From the NCBI GenBank assembly GCA_001599295.1, contig BCGN01000003.1, forward strand, positions 1,860,001 through 1,924,000: DNA of 64,000 bases, given 5' to 3'. Below the pieces are notes generated by a model. That model was not told the DNA's origin. It did not search any database and was given only the letters and a program-made list of their open reading frames with translations. This DNA comes from Sporopachydermia quercuum (lineage: Eukaryota). How positions within the stretch are numbered: the stretch's first letter is position 1; every line of letters begins with the position of its first letter. A program made the translations under genes and the position numbers. Shown piece by piece: positions 1-9,488 of this stretch.

Positions 1-800
1 TGTGACGTGACATACATTATCAATATCTTCGGAAATAACTCTGACAACTCTTTTCACCCGTGTAAGAAAGGGTATGGATGACTGATATTGCTTTTAGAAT
101 AGCTCTTTCTTCCACTGCACACTATACAAAGTTCCCATTGTCCTCACATTGGAATAAAATAACTTCGTTACCAGTAGCAATATAAACATGGTCATAAATG
201 AACCGATTGCATTTCTCTTTCCTTCCAACTTATATATCCTTCGACCCTTGATGATGGTCACAGTCTGATGTTGCCTTTGATATAAGCGAACGGCTACATC
301 CCTACAATTTTTAAAACCGCTTTTGGGGTAATTCCAAAGTAGAAGGCAATATTGCATTTTTTCATGAATTATTATATAAACCAAAACATATGTTTCCGGT
401 AGCTATGGAAGTTTGCGTTTCTTTTTCACTCTTTCAATTCCAATTAGTAACCATTATTGACATCTAAGTAGTTACTATATAGTAATGGAACTGGAGAATC
501 GTTTCTACACACAGCCTATGCAGGCTCTTCACGAGCAGCGATATAGCATAAGAGTTTCTATATTGAAACTCATTAGCCTTAGCATAGCCTTAGTCCATGG
601 GTAGGCTTCTGCTTTTGTCAAATTCCTTTCCATGATACATGAGGGATTGTAATCATTCTGCCAAAACAATCCTGACCTGCAATGTTTAAGCTACATCCTG
701 TTCAAAAGTTCCATAAGGACGATCCATACGAACCAATGATGCTGAATAATCATTCTTATCATATATTAAGGTAAAAATAGACTAAAAGTTCCATCTTTCT
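1..800 (-). mobile_element. Highly decayed Ty3/gypsy-like pol relic (RNase H end to integrase zinc-binding region)
   Basis: Minus-strand translation near 540-690 gives IAGQDCF..DYNPS...WTKAMLRLMSFNIE, resembling the gypsy RNase H C-terminus (L.G..F...TDH.PL...RW...L..F.F.I). The downstream ORF 94-384 (IIHEK..LWNYP...RDVAV..YQRQ) weakly resembles the integrase H2C2 region. Many stops and frameshifts; boundaries approximate. Confidence 0.35.
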
Positions 801-1393
801 CCTTAGTGATATCTAGTAGGTAACTTCTCTTAAACTACTCACCAAATAGTTCAAAGGAACAGTTTTTCGTGATTTCTTCGCAAGTTCTATGTCGCACGAC
901 TCAGATATCCCTAGGCATTAGCTGGATGAACAGTACGTGCTTTATTGCACAGTCTTCAGGGAACAAGACTCAGTCAATTTTCACTAGCCTAAATTGGTTC
1001 AAAACAGTAGTGAGTGCTCTTAAACTTTGTCTTTAAATGATCTGTGAGAGCAGGGTGGTATTGCTATGCTCTTTACTTACGCATTCTATAGTAAAAGTAA
1101 AATTGGACCTGGCTATTCCATATTTCGGTATTCCATACTTATCGCAACTCCTTTGAATTATGAGCAAAGCCTTCATTGTTTGGTTTACTCGCTTTTATTA
1201 TTTCTATATGCGTACCCCAACGTACCAGCCAGTTTTCAGTATCAGTTTATACAATTTTCGCCTTTCCTTTGCATAAATTTAGATTCCCATCCAATCAGTC
1301 ACATATAATAGAGGTCCCAACATATTCACACGCCAATGACGAGGTAGAGACTCCCCACGTGTCATCATAAAATGGTTTAATCTTCAAACTAAA

Positions 1394-1470
1394 AGCTGGG
1401 TAGTGTAGTGGTAATATGAGACGCCTGCACCGGAATTCACGAAGTCGGGGTTCGAACCCCTCCTGAGCTA
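1394..1470 (+). tRNA. tRNA-like sequence, probably a pseudogene; isotype not assignable
   Basis: A-box-like TAGTGTAGTGGT at 1401-1412 and B-box/T-loop GGTTCGAACCC at 1449-1459. Partial acceptor stem AGCTGGG/CTGAGCT has one mismatch. D and anticodon stems pair poorly. Confidence 0.45.
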
Positions 1471-1694
1471 AAAATACATACTCGTCTTTGCCATCTATAG
1501 AATGTGNGTAACTGAGTGCCTTGAGTAGTCTATACCTCGCTGAAAGAGAAGATACAACAACCAGAGGTAACCGTTATCATTATCAGCGAGTACTTGTAAT
1601 GTTTAAATTAGTTACTATAAAGAGAGTGATTAATAGATACTATTCGATATATGAAATTCAATAGCAGCATAGCATNTATTTCTGTATAACTATA

Positions 1695-2804
1695 TCACAA
1701 TCTCCGAAATAAACTTTCAATAATTTGTCCTTCGGCCGTTTTTTCTACCGTAGACCAAAATTTTTCATGTCTACTGGCATTAATAAACTCATTGTTGGTT
1801 GCTTCTTCCAACCTTAGAGGCTCTGCTAAATCATTATTTGCCAACCATTCTCTTACTCTCTCGATACTTGGTGATATATAAGATATATGACTATTATCCA
1901 AATTACTCCGCAGGATCTCGTTTTCCAACCATTCAATGAAGCAAAGATCAGCATTAGCCTCATTATATTTAGTACTAAAATTTTCCCAGAATGAGTGATA
2001 TCGATCTGATTGACAAATGTCAGAATCTGGCAAGACAGAAGAACCTTCGAATTTATCAACATACTGACCTCTGAAGAACTTAAATGTACCAGTATCATCA
2101 ACCCTTTTAATTTTACGAGATTCCTTTGTATTATCTTTCCTTGGTGCTTCTGCAATTTTATTGCCTTGGCTCCGATTATCACTTTTTCCTTCAAACCTAC
2201 GTAGAAAGTTAATTTCATCTATTCCAGCACAAGCTGTTTCATAAGAACATGAAACTATCTCCGGACCATTGACTTTATTTTTCCTGATGCTTTCGGAAAC
2301 GTCTGAATAGGCCTTAAAAGTGTGTTTGCATCCAGCGATTTTATTATCTCTATTTGAATCCTTGTCTGAAATACTTTTACTTGGCGTTCTAAAAAGTTTA
2401 GGCCCAAACACTTCATTGTCTTGATTACAATTTTCTATCTTGCTGGAATCTTCATTCTCATTATTCTCAGTTTCTTCAGTATCATCATCATCAAGGGCAT
2501 ACAGTTCAGTGTCCAAATCAGCTTCTACAATACTTGCAGAATCATTTCTACCTAAACTGAATGGTAAGTCACTCAACATCAATTTTACATCAACCGCAAT
2601 AGGTAATCGCGGAGGAGCATAAAAATATGGCTGAGGCCTGAGATCAACAATGTTATAATCTATATTCCTTGTGTGTTCCACCCGTTCCATAGTATTGGAG
2701 AAGATGTCTTCTTTACCATTACACACTCTCCATTTGATTGCTCCAGATGCCCTGAACCTTCCGGTTCCTTTCAACTTCTTTTTTTTGATTCCTCTTTTGT
2801 CCAT
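1695..2804 (-). CDS. MATalpha1: Mating-type protein alpha1 (alpha-box transcription factor), long and diverged
   Basis: 369 aa ORF. TFKFFRGQY...HSFWENFSTKYNEANADLCFIEWLE matches the alpha-box pattern of S. cerevisiae alpha1 (SFMAFRAYY...HGIWDYFAQQYN....GFVEWL). Basic N-terminus (KKKLKGTGRFR). Lies immediately next to a MATalpha2-type homeobox gene. Confidence 0.78.
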   Translation of the reverse strand: MDKRGIKKKKLKGTGRFRASGAIKWRVCNGKEDIFSNTMERVEHTRNIDYNIVDLRPQPYFYAPPRLPIAVDVKLMLSDLPFSLGRNDSASIVEADLDTELYALDDDDTEETENNENEDSSKIENCNQDNEVFGPKLFRTPSKSISDKDSNRDNKIAGCKHTFKAYSDVSESIRKNKVNGPEIVSCSYETACAGIDEINFLRRFEGKSDNRSQGNKIAEAPRKDNTKESRKIKRVDDTGTFKFFRGQYVDKFEGSSVLPDSDICQSDRYHSFWENFSTKYNEANADLCFIEWLENEILRSNLDNSHISYISPSIERVREWLANNDLAEPLRLEEATNNEFINASRHEKFWSTVEKTAEGQIIESLFRRL

Positions 2805-3194
2805 TATTGGCGAGTCAACTCACAATTAATTACTGCAATGTTGAACTTCCCATATAACATTAATGGCACTTCAAGTTGTAGGTTACTCTCGAAATGATTC
2901 TATAAGGTGTAAAGATAGGAAGAGATATGATAAAGAATACTTGATGAGCTTTCTCTTTGTGCATCACATTTCAAAGTTTAAAAGCTTCCTATAGTAAAAG
3001 GTTTCGTATTCATGAACTTGAAACTTTCCATCGAACTTTATTTACAGTAAGTGTACTTTAATTACAGTATAAGCAATACAAAGATATTTGACACAAGGTG
3101 CTTTCAATTCGTAAATTTAACAAAAATGTAGTACAAAAAACAACAAAAGGAACAAAACTGTTTACTGATATTTGTAAATGAAATTATATATAAG

Positions 3195-3908
3195 TCAGAG
3201 TAAACCAACTAATTCATCTGATATGTTCGAATTTCTTTCCTTGCGTCTTTTATTGGCCAACCAATTTCTCACTTGTATGGGAGTAAGTCCTGTGTCTTTA
3301 GTCAGAAGATCCTGGCTTTCTTTGGTTAAATAGGGATTTCTTAGATTTTCGTTATACCAACCATTTAGAATAGCTGTCTGATGCTTAGCAATTCGTCTCT
3401 TAGATATTTTTGTATTTTGTGAGAACATCCCTTGGGTTATAATATCGAAAACTAAAGTTTGATCCATATCGTAGTCATGATTAGATAAAGACGAGTAGTA
3501 AGACGGAGTTTCTAGAATACTTCTAATGACTGGCCTTTGGTTGTCTAGTTCTAAGTTATATTCGTTTAACTTCCTATATTCTTCAATAATCCTGTAAAGT
3601 AGTTTTGCCAAACGGTGGATGGATTTTAATATCATTATTTCTTCATATGAGTTATTTCTTGTCTTACTGAATTTTGCTTTGCTGATTTCGCCAACAATCT
3701 TTGACATCAACTCCGAGATATTCTCGGAGTCTCGCGACGGATCACGTACAAAATCTTCGAGAATGCCAAAAAGAAGATTGTAGGTACTTTGCAAAGTTTT
3801 TGTGTTGTCGAGTGGTAAGGAGCTTAGCTTCTCTTGGGCCTGTTGGTTCGAGTTCTCTTTGTATATAAGTGAGGAAATGGAACATAGTTTTTGAATGCGG
3901 TCGCTCAT
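3195..3908 (-). CDS. MATalpha2: Mating-type homeodomain repressor alpha2 (TALE-type homeodomain)
   Basis: C-terminal homeodomain KRRIAKHQTAILNGWYNENLRNPYLTKESQDLLTKDTGLTPIQVRNWLANKRRKE closely parallels alpha2 (ILESWFAKNIENPYL...LSRIQIKNWVSNRRRKE). First ATG is at 3908 (the ORF track starts at a TTG), giving 237 aa. N-terminal ISSLI resembles the Tup1-recruiting motif. Adjacent to alpha1 and DIC1. Confidence 0.88.
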   Translation of the reverse strand: MSDRIQKLCSISSLIYKENSNQQAQEKLSSLPLDNTKTLQSTYNLLFGILEDFVRDPSRDSENISELMSKIVGEISKAKFSKTRNNSYEEIMILKSIHRLAKLLYRIIEEYRKLNEYNLELDNQRPVIRSILETPSYYSSLSNHDYDMDQTLVFDIITQGMFSQNTKISKRRIAKHQTAILNGWYNENLRNPYLTKESQDLLTKDTGLTPIQVRNWLANKRRKERNSNISDELVGLL

Positions 3909-4091
3909 TTTGTTCGAATTTACTTGATCCGTTTTATTTTTGTTGTCATTTCCATTCACACTTCTATGATTACTCCTAAAAAATTTGTATTGAAGCAATG
4001 AGAAAACGAAGCGAATAACTCAGAGAAATTTGGTTCTACATTTACTTTAAATAGTCTTCAACAAATTACCATCACGATTTCCGAGTTGTTT

Positions 4092-4111
4092 TGATATGAT
4101 TTTCTACATGG
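4092..4111. promoter_or_regulatory. Candidate a1/alpha2 (haploid-specific gene) operator upstream of MATalpha2
   Basis: TGATATGATTTTCTACATGG versus consensus TGATGTAATTAATTACATGA. GAT(A)-N9-ACA spacing is correct, with one mismatch in the a1 core half-site. Confidence 0.35.
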
Positions 4112-4195
4112 CTTTTCTGAAGTGATTAATTTGTTGGTCATCAATTTTAGTGTGTAACAGACTTGTTTCAATGTACAAGCCGATAAGCGACAAAA

Positions 4196-4227
4196 CATAT
4201 TAGAATCAATTCATATTAGAATCAATT
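4196..4227. repeat. Perfect tandem duplication of a 16-mer
   Basis: CATATTAGAATCAATT x2. Confidence 0.9.
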
Positions 4228-4989
4228 CGTTTTTTTTTTGTTTTTTTTTTAATTATAGAAAACAAAGCTGAATAAATAAAATAGGGTACTATCAAATATT
4301 TTCAAGCATCAACCTCCTACCTGATACGAGAAATTTCACTAACTATTAAGTGTTTTACGAATGACAATGGTTATGAAAAACTCTTAAGCAATTTAGGAAA
4401 TAGATTAAGCAATATTGCATCTCGGATAAGAAGCTTTCAGTCCTGCAACATATCGAAAAGCAACTATAACCATTTAATAACAAAGGAAACATTTCTCTTC
4501 TGATTACAACTTCTCTGTATTATTGTCATGTCAACATTTTCGTGCTCGATGATATATTCCCAACGAGTTATTTGCCAACCATAATTGATTTAGTTTTAGT
4601 TTATATAATGCGATGAAGATATACGGAGTGAGCAGAAGAAGCATCTATGCAGCCTTATGCCTCTTATAGGACACTTCGCTTAAAAAAAAAAAAAGAAAAA
4701 GCAGAAAAATAAGGGCAAAGCTTGGTTTGAAAAAACTCTTAGACCTTTATAAATGACCAACTAGGAAATAAATGTGAAAAGCTTAAGTCTCATTTTTGCA
4801 TACAAATCATACAAATTCACATAAATACGTAAAATCACAGAGCTTTATCCTAATTCATTTGAACCTACTTCTACTAGCTTGTGAATCTTAACTTAAACAG
4901 AAAGTTAAATTTATGACACAAAAAAAAAAAACGAAATAGTTTATTTGCTTGGAGAATAAGGAAATTTGACAGTCATCCTTTTTTTTGTA

Positions 4990-6700
4990 CTGATGTATGT
5001 ACGTGTATGCAGATATATGCACTGTTGAACTTGATTATCGTATATATAAGTAATATTTTAAAATGTTTCATGTTAAGAAGTTTTAATTACTATACTCCGC
5101 GATTGAAGAAAAAGAATGGCATAATCTATAAATAATTTGTGCTATTTATATGTAGTAGACATGGATCTATATTTCTAATTTATCTGATAAAATCGATGGA
5201 TTGATTTGTGGTTAGGTCACAATCGTAGAATCAAATCATCTACTTTTGCTCTGCATTAACTCAATTTTCCAGCTTTTTCACCTGCACCGGCAGCTGCAAC
5301 ACGATATATGATCTGTTGGATTTATGATTTTATACTCTTTAACGTCCTCTATATCATTCATATATTTGTTTGATTATAGTTATCCTTATTGTTCTTTTCT
5401 AATCACAAATTTGTATGTATTCGAGAGTGATTCAGTTGGGTGAAGTTCTTGAAACCTCAGATAAAATCTCGAAAGTTTAAGAGGAGACTCGACGTGCTTC
5501 CGTGTCTCGAGGGCTTGGAACGACGATTCTGTCCAGAAACAGTGGTGCAAAAATAGGCAATGATGAAATGATATGATTGAATTTGTCTTATGTTCCTGTC
5601 TATATGTATATATATTAGATTTGTAATGAAGTTGATGGATTTTGGAATACTTAGTATCGTCGTAGCTTCAAACAGCATACATAGGCCTCTATGAGTAAGT
5701 GGAGACTTGAGGTATATGGCCCCTGGTCTTACAGCAGACCCCCTTAAGTGCCTTAAGAGGTTCGAAGAACTTCACTGCACATGTAACTAGATTCTCAGTA
5801 AAATCACTACGAATCTGCGAAGTCTACGTCTTAGGTCAATAGATAGTGAAACTGATACTAATATAGATTGAACATATTTCATTCAATTGTATCAATGATT
5901 GTCAATTTGTCTTTATAGGTTTGATTTATTTTGTAGAGAAAAAATAGATAGAAAAACAGTTAATTTGGGTTCTGAATCAACCACAGTAGATGTATTCGAT
6001 CTACGATTGTGCCACAAAAAAAAGAAATCCAACAATTTTTAATGGACAAATCAAAAATATAAATATAAGTACCTCACAATAAAACGGAATCATTTTATAT
6101 CATCGTTATTATACATTTTTAGTACTAACTACGGTTTATATGTGGAATGGTCGAACTAGGTTCTCCAGACAGAGAAGCAGTTCGAGTCTTCTCCTACCTC
6201 TCCAAGATTCTATGCTAGTTCCCCATCCGGGAGCCTTAGCCAAAACGGGCCTGACTCACTCGCGACCATTAATGTATGCAGTCGGCTTTGATAGAAATAA
6301 GTATACTGAGGCCATAGAATGCACATTGAATTATATAACCAATCAATAATTCTATTGACTATAGGCAGTACTGTAGCTGTAGAAATAGCCTGAAAACGCA
6401 AGGTAATTTAGCCGAAACACAGCGCCAAAGTGGATCATTTGAATCTACAGTTGTACGATAATAGCCATTTATCCACTATGTTGACGAATGAGCAATAAAG
6501 ACTTACAATTACTTGTTAATGAAAGTTACATTGTTTTAAATAACAATTGCAGATTTTATTTGTCTATGTTTTAGTGCCACTCATCGATGGCTACTTCCGA
6601 TATCATTTGAAATAGGATTAAAAAAGATTAATGTCTTTTCATTTAATTTTTAACGTGCATAGATGTGCATATCTATGTACGTTGTACTCCTTAGGTACAT
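4990..6700. repeat. Degenerate three-copy repeat: copy A (minus, ~4990-5460), copy B (plus, ~5755-6130), copy C (plus, ~6360-6700)
   Basis: Reverse complement of 5440-5458 (GAGGTTTCAAGAACTTCAC) matches 5757-5775 (GAGGTTCGAAGAACTTCAC). Reverse complement of ~5218-5246 (AAAGTAGATGATTTGATTCTACGATTGTG) matches ~5985-6011 (CAGTAGATGTATTCGATCTACGATTGTG) and ~6427-6454 (AAAGTGGATCATTTGAATCTACAGTTGT). GTGCATATATCTGCATA (rc ~5005-5022) matches GTGCATAGATGTGCATA (~6655) at a collinear distance. Confidence 0.7.
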
Positions 6701-7260
6701 TTTTTTTGACTTTAGGCTTGAGTTTCAGAAAACCTCGCTAAAAGGTCAAATATCCGACTTCTTCATTCTATTGAACTAAAAAATATATACAGATGAATTC
6801 CCGCTTTCTTGCTGAAAAAGAGAAGAGAAAAAAAAAAATTGAAGATTGAAGTAAAAAAAAAATAGAAATTGGAAGAAAAGAAGCAAAAGGAAGGAAGAAA
6901 GTGACGGAAATAAATGGTCAGATCGGGAGTGATCATTGGTACTCGAATAGAGGATAGAGAGATTAGTAAGATTTGATATCTGACCTCTGATACGACGGAA
7001 AGAAGGTATTGTATTTGATTTCGGATTTCTAGTGGTACTGAAGATTTGATAGAAAAAGTTTCGAAGACTGTTTTCCGTCAGACAAATAGAAGAAAGATAG
7101 CATTAGTAATTACAGCAAGTGAGAAAGAAAGGTTTTATTTGATATACTTATTTATATACGATGTATTCAATAAGCCTTTGCTGATTGTAGCTCTGTTAAT
7201 GAAAGGAAAATCATACTCGATGAACAAGAATAAAGTACAAACCATCAATATTTGAACAAA

Positions 7261-8361
7261 ATGAATCGACATAAGAAAACTACACATTATCCGTAAGTTT
7301 AGCTATGATGGCACTGTTGCTTAAAGGAGTGTTAGTTAGCACTGGTGATGATTCCGATGTACACGACATTTGATGGATTCAACAAGGGATGACTGTGGAA
7401 ATACTAACTTTGAGAACAGATTCTGGTATGGTGGATTGGCTTCCATGGTAGCAGCATCATGTACTGTAAGTATAAGAAAAATGTACTTGAGATCAAATTC
7501 TGCGCATTATTGCTGCCATCTACCAGTATTACCGACACTAACTCTCCCATCCAACAGCATCCATTAGATCTAGCAAAAGTTAGACTACAAACAGCTAAAA
7601 CGCCAGGCCAATCATTAATTAGCACGGTGAAATCAATTATAACAAATGAAGGCTTTTTCGCTATCTACAAAGGATTAAGTGCTTCTTTATTACGTCAAGC
7701 AACTTACTCAACAACAAGATTTGGATCCTACGAATTTGCAAAGGAATCAGTATCATCAACTTATTACGACAACGTGACACCACCAGGATATGTTTTATTA
7801 CCAATATCAATGATTTCTGGTTGCATTGGTGGTGTTGTTGGAAACCCTGCTGATGTTGTTAACATTCGGATGCAAAATGATAATACACTGCCATTAGACA
7901 AGCGAAGGAACTATAATAATGCTTTTGATGGATTGTATCGAATGACAAAAAATGAAGGGCCAAAAGCGTTATTTAGAGGATTAGTACCAAATTGTACTAG
8001 AGGAGTTCTTATGACATCCTCACAGGTTGTTTCATATGATGAAGTAAAAAAAGCTCTCGTTTTCACTGGAATGGATCCACTTTCATTAAAGACCCATTTT
8101 GCTTCATCATTACTAGCAGGACTTGTAGCAACTACTGTTTGCTCACCTGTTGATGTTATTAAAACAAGAATCATGAATGCTCATCATCAACCTGGTCATG
8201 CAAGAGATTCTGCTATAAGTATCCTAAAATCAGCTTTGCAATCGGAAGGTGTACGTTTTATGTTCAGAGGATGGCTACCAGCATTTATTAGATTAGGTCC
8301 TCAGACTATTCTTACGTTTATCGTTATGGAGAGACTTAAGAAATGGAAACTTGGTATGTGA
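7261..8361 (+). CDS. DIC1: Mitochondrial dicarboxylate carrier; join(7261..7292,7420..7465,7558..8361), 293 aa
   Basis: Spliced product MNRHKKTTHYPFWYGGLASMVAASCTHPLDLAKVRLQ matches Dic1 (KYPWWYGG...THPLDLAKVRLQ). Three carrier repeats (PLDLAKVR, PADVVNIR, PVDVIKTR). Both introns start GTAAGT, have TACTAAC/CACTAAC branch sites, end in CAG and keep the frame. Confidence 0.93.
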
Positions 8362-9488
8362 CTGTGAGTATTATTGGTTTCTTGCTATCAGAAAAATGAA
8401 TTTATTGTATATATCTCCATAATCATCCCTATTTACTAAACATATAATGCATAAGTCTATCAAGGCTACTACTATTCATAAATTGTTCAAATAGAGGTAT
8501 CAGTATCTCCACGATGGTGTCAATATAATGTTTCAAAGCTCTGTTTGTAGTATGAAATCATTCTTGTTACCATAAAATCCATAATATCTTTATCTCCGTT
8601 TATTTAACCATATATCCTCTTAATTGGACAGTACCTTCCATCTCCGCTGCCATTTGATCAGAGAAATACATGAGGTAATGATTTTATTTAGGATTAAAGT
8701 TTAACTCAAAAGTAGCATCTCTGGTTTAGGTAAGGGTTTCCTAGTCTAGAACGATCTCACTAAATTGGGTAATTTTCATGCATCTGTATGTCAAGATTTT
8801 CTCTATACATCTAATTGGGGGATTTGGATTAGCGCACGTTCCGGAGATGAGTAAGAACGGAAATATCGGATTATTAGTGTAGGAATTGATAGGGAGATAA
8901 AGAAGGGTAATTTTCTGCTACTAGGATGATTTGGAAGAGTTTTGAGCATTTGCAGGACAGAGGATTTTCGATTGCTTCGATTTGACAGGAATATATGAGG
9001 AACGAGAGGAGATGCGAGGCTAAATATCAGTATGTCGCAAGGAGACGTGGGAGAGTAAACTCCACTCAGCAATAAACAGCCCGATCAATTGCAAATTGAG
9101 CAGTACTCAGTGAAATCCAAAGTTCCTTGCTGAAACTTTGGATTAATTTAGCCCTAAGTAACAGTGATCATGATGGTAAGAACTTCACCATCAACAAAGC
9201 TCCCAATTTCTCATCGCTTATCATCTCATCATCATTCTATCGCTTTTTCCCTTTCAGACGATCTAAACTTCCAGAACCATACAAAGTTCTAACATTGTGT
9301 CTAGCTATACATATATATGCATATTTCAGTACCCCCCGCATACAACCGCATATATTTCCTGCCGTCATATCTTCCTTCCTTTCTTCCCTTATTATTCCTA
9401 TCATCATCTACTATTCGTCTAATCCTATAAGGCCATTCCTTAAGACAGCTCTCATTATATTTAATTACCATCAACACACATATCGACT

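Noticed and set aside
4330..4503. Exon of a divergently transcribed alpha1, as in S. cerevisiae (CACTAAC...AAG then a 50-codon open frame)
   Set aside because: The translation has no alpha-box similarity, and alpha1 is better explained by 1695-2804.
7370..7567. ORF-track starts for DIC1 (7370 and 7459)
   Set aside because: Both read through intron sequence. The three-exon model restores conserved motifs.
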